Source: Acidimicrobiia bacterium (lineage in GTDB: Bacteria > Actinomycetota > Acidimicrobiia > Spongiisociales > ZC4RG35). From it: DNA of 60,509 bases. Every line of letters starts with the position of its first letter. The first letter of the stretch is position 1. The stretch is taken from assembly GCA_041744795.1 (NCBI GenBank), contig JBGTKD010000199.1, positions 1 to 60,509 on the forward strand, given 5' to 3'. The notes beneath the pieces were generated by a model that saw only the letters and a program-made list of their open reading frames with translations, searched no databases and was not told the origin of the DNA. The translations under genes were made by a program, and so were the position numbers. Shown here in pieces: positions 44,751 through 53,591 of this stretch.

Positions 44751-45860
44751 TCACCCGCTGTAGCCGAGTTCCGCGATTGCTTCTTCGATGGCCCGCAGCG
44801 ACTGGTGCGTGGTCTCATCTGCACGGATCAGATCCGTCCACGAGTACAGGGCGTCCATCACTTCGGCACCTTCTTCGGTGGCGATGAAATCGGCCATCGC
44901 CTGGAAGAGGGCCTCCTTCAGGCTCTCGGGTAGGTCCCCCCTTATGGCGATCACATCGTTGGCGATACGCGAGGTCACGTTGAACACGATGACCTTTTCA
45001 CCGACGTCGGGCTTTTCCTCGCGGATTGCGCGGCGTGCGTCGTCGAACGACACGCCGATGTCGGCGCTTCCGTCGTAGACCGCCGTGACTGCGCCGTCGT
45101 GGCCGCCGGCGAAGATCGAGGTGTACTGGTCATCCGTGATGCCTGCGCGGATCAGTTCGAGCGTGGGGAAGATGAAACCGGAGGTCGACGTCTCCGTCGT
45201 CCAGGCGATCGACTTGTCAATCACGACCTCGAGATCCACAGGCTCAGGACAAATCAGACCTGCAGAGGTCGCATCGTCGCGGGTCCCGTCGGGGTTCCAA
45301 CCCACCTGCAGAGCCGGCGTGTCGCTCGGTCCTACTGCGATGACGGTGCCGTCGGCCTCGTACCAATAGGCGCCTTCGATTGGGTCAGCACCACAGATGC
45401 TCGGGTCGTTCGTGAACCACTGGCCGTGATAGGTCGAGTCGCCGAAACGTACCGACTGGGCGAGCAACTCGAGGTTGCCGTATTGCTGGTTGGCAAGCAC
45501 GTACCCGGCCGGTCCGAACGCACCGAGGTCGGCCTGTCCGGTTCCGAGCGCCACACCGAGACCGGTGTAGTCGGTGGTGACGATGCCCTCAACATTGATG
45601 CCGAGAGCCTCGGAGAGCACCCTGGCAAACGTGTCGACATCGTCCTGGAGCTCTGCGACTTCCTGGCTCGGGACGAAGCCAAAGATGAGGGTGTCCGGCC
45701 AGTCGGCCCGGGGGTCAGCTTCTGTAGTCGTCGTTTCTTCGGCTGCCGTGGTAGTGGTCTCCGCGGCGGTAGTGGTCGTCGTGTCATCAGCGGTGTCTCC
45801 ACCGCAGGCTGCCACGACCATCGCAAGTACTGCGAGCAGGGCTAGCAAGCGCTTGGTCAT
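44751..45860 (-). CDS. phnD: Phosphonate/phosphite ABC transporter substrate-binding lipoprotein
   Basis: ATG 45860, preceded by AAGGAAG. Lipobox VAAC and a Thr-rich linker. PhnD-like core (…LIFGFVPSQE…GQADLGAFGPAGYV…). Confidence 0.85.
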   Translation of the reverse strand: MTKRLLALLAVLAMVVAACGGDTADDTTTTTAAETTTTAAEETTTTEADPRADWPDTLIFGFVPSQEVAELQDDVDTFARVLSEALGINVEGIVTTDYTGLGVALGTGQADLGAFGPAGYVLANQQYGNLELLAQSVRFGDSTYHGQWFTNDPSICGADPIEGAYWYEADGTVIAVGPSDTPALQVGWNPDGTRDDATSAGLICPEPVDLEVVIDKSIAWTTETSTSGFIFPTLELIRAGITDDQYTSIFAGGHDGAVTAVYDGSADIGVSFDDARRAIREEKPDVGEKVIVFNVTSRIANDVIAIRGDLPESLKEALFQAMADFIATEEGAEVMDALYSWTDLIRADETTHQSLRAIEEAIAELGYSG

Positions 45861-45957
45861 TGGTTTCTTCCTTTGCTTTGGGAAAGCGGGGTGACGCGCA
45901 CTCATCAAGGGCATCTACCCCACGCCACGTCAGGGTAAGGGAAACGGGTGTCGGTAC

Positions 45958-46530
45958 TCAAAACGATCGGTGAACGGTTTTCGCGCCCCCTGTGGCTTCT
46001 ACGACCCGCCGGAAGTCATTCCAGTTTTCAACATCTACCGCCCCTGGCAGCGGATCGTTCCATGGACGGACGTAGCGGCACACGACGGATTCGGGTCGCC
46101 CGGCTACCAGACCAGGAAGAACGTGAGGTCCGTCGTCGAGGAAAATGTCGCAGTCGACTTCCCATTTGTCCTCGGTTATGTGGACTTCGCTGGTGGGCAA
46201 CTTCTTCTCGGCTACCCACGCCAGAGTGTCATCGATTGCGAAGTGGGGCTTGGTGGTGACGATGACGATCTCGTGGTCGACCGCCAGCTCATCGAGAGCG
46301 TCCACCGCACCAGGGAAGGTGTCGAGATGACGAAAGAGACTCGCCCCGTCCAAGGCCGCTGCCCATCGCCAGAACTCGCCCATGTGCCGGAAGTGCGTCA
46401 GGTCCGGAATGTGGTTCCAACGAGTAACCGACTCGGCAGTCAGCGCTGTTCCGTACTGCTCGTTGTAGAAGCGGGTCCATCCGCCGTTGAAGTCGGCCAC
46501 CACTCCGTCAAGGTCGATTCCTAGTCGCAT
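45958..46530 (-). CDS. 5'(3')-deoxyribonucleotidase-like HAD hydrolase
   Basis: ATG 46530 gives MRLGIDLDGVVADF (HAD motif I in the NT5C style) and later IVTTKP and FLDDGPH. The 200-aa extension in track ORF 45958..47139 is Arg-rich shadow sequence overlapping the next gene. Confidence 0.75.
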   Translation of the reverse strand: MRLGIDLDGVVADFNGGWTRFYNEQYGTALTAESVTRWNHIPDLTHFRHMGEFWRWAAALDGASLFRHLDTFPGAVDALDELAVDHEIVIVTTKPHFAIDDTLAWVAEKKLPTSEVHITEDKWEVDCDIFLDDGPHVLPGLVAGRPESVVCRYVRPWNDPLPGAVDVENWNDFRRVVEATGGAKTVHRSF

Positions 46531-46547
46531 CCGGTTGAGGGTACGGA

Positions 46548-48146
46548 TCAGACCGTTTGGACCCAACTGACGACTTCGGGCATACGCCTTCGCAGGATGG
46601 ACGAGGCAACGACCAACGAGGCGGCGTAGAAGATGACACCCCATACGATCGCGAATCCGTTCGCGAACCATGGCGAAAGCCCAGCATCGAATGCGACGGT
46701 CAGAACCGCCACCGACGAGGGGATGACGAGAAGCAGGCCGATCACGAAGAATGACACCGCCTGGGCTCCGATTGCCAAGCATCCCTGTTCTGAAGCCTGA
46801 GCGAAAACATCCGTCCCTTCCCGTGGCAGGCGCAGTGGGGAGACGACGGAGACGATGTTGCCTACAGCGAGTTGACAGCCGATAGCCGCGACCATCAGAC
46901 CGGGCACGTATATGAGATTCGCCCAGCCACCGCTGATCCACGCGAGAAGAAGCGCGAGGGCGACCGTCTCGATCATCAGGGCCCAGGTGGCTGCGAGGTT
47001 CTTGCCCCAGAGGAGGGTTCGGGGTTTGACCGGCAGCACGAACAGGAAGCTCGCTGCGTTGCGCTCCCAGCCGAAGACGTTGAGGGCGATCGGCAGTCCG
47101 ACGAACAACACCAGTGCCGGTGCGAGGAGCGGCAGCCACTCACGGGAAGCAAGCAGTCCGAAGCCGCCCGATCCCACCAGCACAGAACTGGCGGCCAGGG
47201 CGATGAAGATGACTGCCCCGGTCCACACCAACCTCTGGCGTGGGTCCCGCACGTAGAACCGCAGTTCCTTTCGGGCCAGAACTCGGCCCGCTGTCCAGCG
47301 TCCCCGTGCGGCGAGTCCGCGATCAGACCTGGCCCGCGAACGAGATGGTGTGGAATCCGGAGTGGTGAGCATCCAGTTGAGCAGCCGCTGCCATGCCCAG
47401 CCGAGCGCGGCTATCCAGGCCATGGCTACCAGCGCCCAACCGATGACTCCGAGAGGCGAGCCCATCTCCGCCGATGTCACTACTCGCTGAGCTGCAACTG
47501 GTGGAAGGAACGCCCAGACGCCGTCTAACGGGTTGGCCAGGACCGCTCCTTCCAGCCCGAGACGACCGGTGGTTCCACGGATACTGGACTGAGCCAAGAA
47601 ACCCGAAAGACCGATCCCCAAGACCATGAGGAGTGCGATATCCCTCCCCTGCCGCATCTTGAAGATGGCCGAGATCAGCGTCGTGAAGACCTGTCCGGAA
47701 AAGATGATCACTCCGAGTAGGAGAAGAGCCGAGAGAACCGCAGCCGGGAACACATGGGAGAACTCGACGATGCTCGCGCCGAGCACGATCACCGGGATGA
47801 CGACACTCGGGGCTATGAGGGCCGAAGCGGCCAGACCGGCGACCAACTGACCAGGTCCGACCGGCGCAAAGGCGAACTGAGCGGGGTCGAGGTTCTCGTC
47901 CAGCGGGAAGATCACCACAGGCAGCGCTACCCAGACGAGCCAGAAGACGAGCGCCCCCCACAGCGTGAACTGGAGACGGGCATCGGTTCCGAGAGACTCC
48001 ATGGCCCCCCTGAACTGGGCGACGAGGATCCAGGAGACGTACCCGAGAAGCAGGATCAGCGAAGGGAACCCGATTCTTCGCTGCCAGTCCTTGCGCAACC
48101 CGTTCCACAGCAGACGCAACTTCAACCAGGCGAGTCGTGCAACCAC
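46548..48146 (-). CDS. ABC-2/ABC-exporter-type multi-pass permease
   Basis: 532 aa with at least 10 TM helices, directly downstream of and overlapping an ABC ATPase gene. An alternative TTG start at 48125 would overlap the ATPase stop as TTGA. Confidence 0.7.
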   Translation of the reverse strand: MVARLAWLKLRLLWNGLRKDWQRRIGFPSLILLLGYVSWILVAQFRGAMESLGTDARLQFTLWGALVFWLVWVALPVVIFPLDENLDPAQFAFAPVGPGQLVAGLAASALIAPSVVIPVIVLGASIVEFSHVFPAAVLSALLLLGVIIFSGQVFTTLISAIFKMRQGRDIALLMVLGIGLSGFLAQSSIRGTTGRLGLEGAVLANPLDGVWAFLPPVAAQRVVTSAEMGSPLGVIGWALVAMAWIAALGWAWQRLLNWMLTTPDSTPSRSRARSDRGLAARGRWTAGRVLARKELRFYVRDPRQRLVWTGAVIFIALAASSVLVGSGGFGLLASREWLPLLAPALVLFVGLPIALNVFGWERNAASFLFVLPVKPRTLLWGKNLAATWALMIETVALALLLAWISGGWANLIYVPGLMVAAIGCQLAVGNIVSVVSPLRLPREGTDVFAQASEQGCLAIGAQAVSFFVIGLLLVIPSSVAVLTVAFDAGLSPWFANGFAIVWGVIFYAASLVVASSILRRRMPEVVSWVQTV

Positions 48147-48940
48147 GAGATCGCTCCCCGGTCGTCATCGCCGCCAACTGCCGCGATGAATGCGTCCTCG
48201 ATCGTGTCTGCCCCATAGCGAGCGCAGAGTTCGGCTTGCGTTCCCTCGCTCTCGAGCCTGCCAGCGATCATGATTCCGACCCTCGTGCACAGCCGTTCCA
48301 CCAGGTTCATTTCGTGACCTGAGAAGACGACGGTTGCTCCTCCCTCGGTGTAGCGGACCAGCAGTCGTTGGATGAGTCTTGCGCTTAGGGCGTCAACACC
48401 CTCGAACGGTTCGTCTAAAAAGAGGACATCGGGCCGGTGGATGATCGCCGCGGCCAGGGCGACCTTCTTGCGCATACCCCGGGAGTAATCCCCGACGAGC
48501 TTGCCTGCTTCGTTCTCCAGGTCGAGGAGGTCGAGCAACTCGTTGCGACGAGAAATCGCCTCATCCCGCTTGAGCCCGTGCATCGCAGCGGTGAAGTCGA
48601 GTAGCTCTGCGCCTGTGAGGCGCTCGTAGAGGTTGAACTCTTCGGGGAGGACTCCGATGCGCCGCTTTACCTCCACAGGATCTTTCCACGTATCGAACTC
48701 GCCGATGCCCGCCCGTCCCGCCGTCGGTCGCAGCAACCCGACGATCATCTTGATCGTGGTGGTCTTGCCTGCCCCGTTCTGTCCGAGCAGGCCGTAGAAC
48801 TCCCCTGGTTGGATCGTCAGATCTATCCCAGCAACAGCCGTGGACTTTCCGAACTTGCGGACGAGGCCCCTGGCCCACACGGCGGGGGCGGTCGTCGTGT
48901 TTGTCTCGTCGTGTTCGGCCGTCGTCATCGTCACCGCCAT
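48122..48940 (-). CDS. ABC transporter ATP-binding protein (ABC-2 subfamily)
   Basis: Walker A GQNGAGKTT, signature-like YSRGMRKK and Walker B LFLDEPFEGVD. I set the start at ATG 48940; the track start at 49021 leaves almost no promoter space before dnaX. Confidence 0.85.
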   Translation of the reverse strand: MAVTMTTAEHDETNTTTAPAVWARGLVRKFGKSTAVAGIDLTIQPGEFYGLLGQNGAGKTTTIKMIVGLLRPTAGRAGIGEFDTWKDPVEVKRRIGVLPEEFNLYERLTGAELLDFTAAMHGLKRDEAISRRNELLDLLDLENEAGKLVGDYSRGMRKKVALAAAIIHRPDVLFLDEPFEGVDALSARLIQRLLVRYTEGGATVVFSGHEMNLVERLCTRVGIMIAGRLESEGTQAELCARYGADTIEDAFIAAVGGDDDRGAISWLHDSPG

Positions 48941-49051
48941 CCATCGGCACCGGACTTCTGTCTCTGAACTGGCAAGGTAGGGGTTTGGCGGACCTACTGT
49001 TGTACCGCCAGCCCGGATCATCCGTCACACTCGCCCGGTACTCTCGCTGTC

Positions 49052-50818
49052 GTGGACTACCAGGCTCTCTACCGGCGATACCGCCCCCAGACCTTTGACG
49101 ACGTCATCGGTCAGACGCACGTAACCACCACCCTGGCGCGCGAGGTGGTCGATGGTCACGTGGCGCACGCCTATCTCTTCGCCGGACCCCGCGGGACCGG
49201 TAAGACGTCAACTGCTCGCATTCTTGCCAAGGCGCTCAACTGCGAGAAGCGCAATCCCGATGGCAGCCCAGACAACGAATGCGGCTCCTGCATAGCGATT
49301 ACGGAGGGGTCCTCCTTCGACGTCATGGAACTGGACGCCGCTAGCCACAACAGCGTCGAGGACATTCGAGAGATGCGCGTGAGTGTCTCGACGGTGGCAT
49401 CTGCGGCCAGCGGGCGCCGGGTGTTCATCCTCGATGAGGCTCACATGCTGTCAAAGGCGGCGGGCAACGCCCTCCTCAAAACCCTTGAGGAACCACCCGC
49501 CCACGTTCACTTCGTCCTGGCCACGACCGAGCCTTACAAGCTGTTGGACACGATCAGGAGTCGCTCCCAACGGTTCGATTTCCATTCTGTGTCGATCGAG
49601 AGCCTCGCCGCTCACCTTTCCAAGGTGGCGGACCTCGAAGGTTTCAAGACGGAGCCTTCCGCGCTGGTGGCTGTAGCTCGCCACGCCAGCGGTTCGGTCA
49701 GGGACTCACTGTCGCTCCTCGAGCAAGTCGCCGCCCTCGGAGACGGCACAGTCGACCTAACCGGGGTAGGCAGGGCCCTGGGTCTGGCCGATGCGGAAGC
49801 CTTCGAGGCCTTGACCACGGCCGTGGCAGAACAGGACGCCAAGGCGGGTCTTGAACTTGTCGCTCGCATGGCCTCCCAGGGCGTGGATCTGCGACGGTTC
49901 GCTTCTGAGGCTGTCGGCTTTTTCCGAGGGGTATTCCTCGCTCACTATGCCCCGAACCTGGCAGAGGTGGCCGACGAGCCTGCCGATGTCCTTGAGTCTT
50001 GGCGAAGGGCTGCTTCGCGCCTGCCGGCAGGTGAAGTCGTTCGGGCGGTTGACCTTCTCGGCGACGCGCTCGTCAAGTTGCGAGAGGGAAGAGAGGAGCG
50101 GCTCATGCTCGAACTCGCGATGATCAAGCTCACTCGTCCCGAGACTTCGCTGGACCCCGCTGCCATGCTCACGCGCCTCGACCGCCTCGAACGCCTGTCC
50201 AAACAGCAGGCCATGGGGGCGGCTGGCACGACTGGCGTTGTCCCGGCGATGACGCCCGCTCCCGCTCCTGTTGAAGCACCTCCTTCCTCGAACCCGGAAC
50301 CGGAGACGGTGTCGGATCAGGTAGTCGACGAGGAAGAAGAGTCTGCTGTCCAGGCCGCTCGCCCCTTGGTAGGCGAGCCTGTCGCGCCGCCACCGCCTGC
50401 CAAGGTGTCGATGGAGTCTTTCCGGTCTATCTGGCCGGGGTTGTTTGGGGGCCTGCGCGAGCTGTTGGGTGCTCGTCGGTGGGCGTTATTCCGGGAGACC
50501 GAACCTGGCGGGGTAGAAGGCTCGACATTGATCATCCATGTGCGCCACGACTTCCACCTCGAGTCGCTGCGGGGCGATCCCGCAGTAGCTGCAGTCGTCG
50601 CGACCAAAGCGGGGGACCTTCTCGGTGGCGCGGTCTCGGTCGAGTTCCGTCCGGCGGACGGCGTTGTCATCGCTGACGACGAGTCGGATGGCGACGACAA
50701 CGAGGTAGTGCCGGACAAGGACTCCATGGCCGAGGCGTCGTCTGACTCCACGGACCCGTTCAAGCTCGTCGCTGACGAACTCGGTGGCATAGTCATCGAG
50801 GAATTCGACGAATCCTGA
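49052..50818 (+). CDS. dnaX: DNA polymerase III subunit gamma/tau
   Basis: YRPQTFDDVIGQ, Walker A GPRGTGKTS, a zinc module CEKRNPDGSPDNECGSC, ILDEAHML and SRSQRF. The C-terminus is acidic. Confidence 0.9.
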   Translation: MDYQALYRRYRPQTFDDVIGQTHVTTTLAREVVDGHVAHAYLFAGPRGTGKTSTARILAKALNCEKRNPDGSPDNECGSCIAITEGSSFDVMELDAASHNSVEDIREMRVSVSTVASAASGRRVFILDEAHMLSKAAGNALLKTLEEPPAHVHFVLATTEPYKLLDTIRSRSQRFDFHSVSIESLAAHLSKVADLEGFKTEPSALVAVARHASGSVRDSLSLLEQVAALGDGTVDLTGVGRALGLADAEAFEALTTAVAEQDAKAGLELVARMASQGVDLRRFASEAVGFFRGVFLAHYAPNLAEVADEPADVLESWRRAASRLPAGEVVRAVDLLGDALVKLREGREERLMLELAMIKLTRPETSLDPAAMLTRLDRLERLSKQQAMGAAGTTGVVPAMTPAPAPVEAPPSSNPEPETVSDQVVDEEEESAVQAARPLVGEPVAPPPPAKVSMESFRSIWPGLFGGLRELLGARRWALFRETEPGGVEGSTLIIHVRHDFHLESLRGDPAVAAVVATKAGDLLGGAVSVEFRPADGVVIADDESDGDDNEVVPDKDSMAEASSDSTDPFKLVADELGGIVIEEFDES

Positions 50819-50896
50819 TTAGTCGGGCGACCGGGTCGTCACGGATACCTCATGTCACCCCGGTACGATCGGGTCTCGCAGCCCACGAGGATCCAC

Positions 50897-51223
50897 ATGA
50901 ACCGTCCACCCAACATGCAGCAGCTCATGAAGCAGGCCCAGCAGATGCAAGAGCAGATGATGGCCGCCCAGGCAGAGCTCAACGAGATGACCTTCGAGGG
51001 CACAGCCGGCGGTGGGGTCGTGAAAGCGACGGTGCGGGGATCGAATGAACTCGTCGCCATTGAAATCGCGACGGAGGTCATAGATCCCACCGATCCTGAG
51101 ATGCTCGAGGATCTCGTCGTGGCTGCGGTCAACAGCGCTATGCGTTCTGCCGCAGAGGCCGTCGAATCCCAGATGGGTGATCTGACGGGGGGACTTGGCG
51201 GGCTGGGCGGCCTGCTCGGCTGA
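50897..51223 (+). CDS. ybaB: YbaB/EbfC-family nucleoid-associated protein
   Basis: ATG 50897, preceded by GAGGA. NMQQLMKQAQQMQEQMMAAQAEL...GGGVVKATV.G... is the YbaB signature. This is the canonical dnaX-ybaB-recR order. Confidence 0.85.
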   Translation: MNRPPNMQQLMKQAQQMQEQMMAAQAELNEMTFEGTAGGGVVKATVRGSNELVAIEIATEVIDPTDPEMLEDLVVAAVNSAMRSAAEAVESQMGDLTGGLGGLGGLLG

Positions 51224-51816
51224 TGTACGAAGGCCCACTTCAACGACTGGTGGACGAGCTGTCCCGACTCCCAGGCATTGGCGGGAAGTCGGCCCAGCGC
51301 ATCGCGTTCCACCTGCTCAGCATCCATGAGGTCGACGCTCGCCGTCTGGGACAGGCCGTCCTCGACATGCGAGACCAAGTCGGCCACTGCCTCCGGTGCT
51401 TCAACGTCACAGTTTCTGAAGAGTGCACGATCTGTCGCGATCCACGGCGCGACACCTCGACCGTTTGTGTCGTGGAGCGCCCCCAAGACATCATCGTGGT
51501 TGAAAAGACCCAGGAGTACCGGGGGATTTATCACGTGCTCGGAGGCTCGCTCTCTCCGATCAACGGCATCGGACCTGACCAGTTGCGTATCCCTGAACTA
51601 CGACAGCGAATATCGACAGAGACCGTCAACGAACTCATCATCGCCACGAACCCGACCATGGAAGGTGACGCAACCGCAATGTACCTCGCCAAGGAGTTCA
51701 AGCCGCGCGGCATCAAGGTCAGCCGACTCGCCAGTGGCCTCCCAGTCGGCGGCGACCTCGATTACGCAGACGAGTTGACTCTCGGTCGTGCTCTTGTCGG
51801 CCGCATGGAGATGTAG
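51223..51816 (+). CDS. recR: Recombination protein RecR
   Basis: HhH (LPGIGGKSAQRIAFHL), a Cys4 zinc finger (CLRCFNVTVSEECTIC) and a Toprim domain. The ATG overlaps the ybaB stop (TGATG). Confidence 0.95.
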   Translation: MYEGPLQRLVDELSRLPGIGGKSAQRIAFHLLSIHEVDARRLGQAVLDMRDQVGHCLRCFNVTVSEECTICRDPRRDTSTVCVVERPQDIIVVEKTQEYRGIYHVLGGSLSPINGIGPDQLRIPELRQRISTETVNELIIATNPTMEGDATAMYLAKEFKPRGIKVSRLASGLPVGGDLDYADELTLGRALVGRMEM

Positions 51817-51824
51817 CTCACTCA

Positions 51825-52898
51825 ATGCGGGTATTGCTGATCGAGCCGTATATGGGGGGCTCTCACCGCGCCTGGGCCGATGGTTACGCACAGGCTTCGG
51901 CCCACGAAGTCACCCTCGTGACTCTGGAGGCGCGTTGGTGGACTTGGCGGATGAGGGGCTCAGCGGTGATTCTCGCCGAGAAGGTGGCCGAGTTGGCTGG
52001 CAACGGATACCGGCCCGACGTGGTCCTTGTCTCCGACATGGTCGACGTCGCTGCCCTGCGCACGTTTCTCCACTCGTCGATCGGCCGTCCGCCACTCGCC
52101 CTCTACTTCCACGAGTCCCAGTTCACCTATCCGGACAGTCCACAGATGTCGGCCGACCTGTCTTATCCGTTCTTGAACTGGACCTCGGCCGTTGCCGCCG
52201 ATGCCGTGTTCTTCAACAGTTCCTATCACCGGGACGTCTTTTTCGAGGAACTGCCACGCCTGTTGAAGGGCTTCCCCGACTACACCCACACCCACCTCAT
52301 CGACTCGGTCGCCGACCGGACCGCCGTCCTCCCGGTGGGTGTGGACCTGTCCTGGATAACTAGAGACGGCTTCCGAACTAGTCCGCCCATCGTGTTGTGG
52401 AATCACAGGTGGGAATATGACAAGGACCCTGAGACCTTTGCCGACGCCGTTAGGGCGGTGGCTGCCACACACGACTTTCGTCTGGCTCTCGCCGGCGAGC
52501 GTTTCCGGACGGTGCCGGGAGTGCTCGACGAGTTGGCTGACGAACTCGCCGGGCGCATCGAAGCAAACGATCACCTTTCAACCGAGGCCTACCGATCACT
52601 GCTGCTCCGGTCCGATGTCGTCGTCAGTACCGCTCTCCAGGAGTTCTTCGGAGTAAGCGTGGTCGAAGCGATCGCGGCGGGTGCCCGCCCCGTACTTCCC
52701 GATCGGCTCTCTTATCCATGTTTGATACCGGAAGAGCATCATGCAGCGGTGTTGTACGGACCGGGCGGATTCACCGCCGCCCTGCGCACCGCAGTTGAAG
52801 ATCCGGCGCCGGTTGACGGCCTGGCAGAGGCGATGGCCATGTTCGACTGGTCGGTTGTTGCCCCGCGCTACGACGCCGCGCTGGAGTCAATGCTGTGA
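51825..52898 (+). CDS. DUF3524-type GT4 glycosyltransferase (GTDC1/QTMAN homologue)
   Basis: LLIEPYMGGSHRAW, YFHESQFTYP, VFFNSSYHRDVF, IVLWNHRWEYDKDPETF and VVSTALQEFFGVSVVEAIAAGARPVLPDRLSYP. Motif by motif these match my recollection of vertebrate GTDC1. Confidence 0.85.
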   Translation: MRVLLIEPYMGGSHRAWADGYAQASAHEVTLVTLEARWWTWRMRGSAVILAEKVAELAGNGYRPDVVLVSDMVDVAALRTFLHSSIGRPPLALYFHESQFTYPDSPQMSADLSYPFLNWTSAVAADAVFFNSSYHRDVFFEELPRLLKGFPDYTHTHLIDSVADRTAVLPVGVDLSWITRDGFRTSPPIVLWNHRWEYDKDPETFADAVRAVAATHDFRLALAGERFRTVPGVLDELADELAGRIEANDHLSTEAYRSLLLRSDVVVSTALQEFFGVSVVEAIAAGARPVLPDRLSYPCLIPEEHHAAVLYGPGGFTAALRTAVEDPAPVDGLAEAMAMFDWSVVAPRYDAALESML

Positions 52899-53545
52899 TC
52901 CGCCACGTCGTCTGGGATTGGAACGGCACGCTCTTTGACGACCTTCATTTGGTCGTGGAGGCGGTCAATGCCGGCATCGCGCCGCTCGGAATCGGTTCGA
53001 TCACACTTGAGGACTATCGGACCCACTACACCCGCCCGGTCAAGGTCTTTTACGAGCGGCTTGCCGGTGGTGAGATCAGCCACCGGGAATGGCTCGATCT
53101 TGACCGCCGCTTTCACGATGCCTATCGAGATCTGCTTCCCACCGCGGGACTATCCGCCGACGCCGTGGAGGCGCTTACGGCGGTCGCCGAGGTCCCAGCG
53201 GGACAGTCCTTACTCTCGATGTACCCCCATCATGATCTTGTCCCGCTGGTGGAACGCTTGGGAGTTAGTTCCTACTTCCAGCGCATCGACGGGTTGAGAG
53301 GTGAGCGGGGCGCCCGCAAGGCTGGCTTTCTGGAAGCCCATTTGCGCGAGTTGATGGCTGACGAAGATCCCTCGACGGTGCTGCTCATCGGCGACGCCAC
53401 AGATGACGCTGTTGCCGCTGCCCACGTAGGAGCACCTGCGGTGTTGGTTGACAATGGATCCCATCACCGAGACGAGCTGGAGTCGATGGGCTTCCCCGTG
53501 GCTTCCAATCTGCTTGAGGCCCTCCGTATCAAAGGCTTGGTCTGA
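52895..53545 (+). CDS. HAD-IA-type hydrolase (phosphatase-like)
   Basis: GTG 52895 overlaps the glycosyltransferase stop as GTGA. Motif I reads VWDWNGTLFDD, so Asn sits at the D+2 position. LLIGDATDD is a motif-IV-like element. Confidence 0.8.
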   Translation: MIRHVVWDWNGTLFDDLHLVVEAVNAGIAPLGIGSITLEDYRTHYTRPVKVFYERLAGGEISHREWLDLDRRFHDAYRDLLPTAGLSADAVEALTAVAEVPAGQSLLSMYPHHDLVPLVERLGVSSYFQRIDGLRGERGARKAGFLEAHLRELMADEDPSTVLLIGDATDDAVAAAHVGAPAVLVDNGSHHRDELESMGFPVASNLLEALRIKGLV

Positions 53546-53591
53546 GCGAGCGCCGTTTGACCATCCGGTGTGGTGTGGCACTATCGCCATC

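Noticed and set aside
46531-47139. 200-aa N-terminal extension of the deoxyribonucleotidase in track ORF 45958..47139.
   Set aside because: The sequence is Arg-rich and non-protein-like, and it overlaps the ABC-2 permease gene. HAD motif I (DLDGVVADF) follows ATG 46530 directly.
48941-49051. SRP (4.5S/ffs) RNA upstream of dnaX, its common position in many bacteria.
   Set aside because: The segment has CTGAACTGG but lacks the conserved domain-IV core (…GGUCCGGAAGGAAGCAGCC…). At 111 nt it serves as a divergent promoter region.
49052-50818. Programmed frameshift or transcriptional slippage site in dnaX (gamma versus tau).
   Set aside because: No A-rich slippery heptamer (A AAA AAG) or poly-A tract was seen anywhere in the gene.
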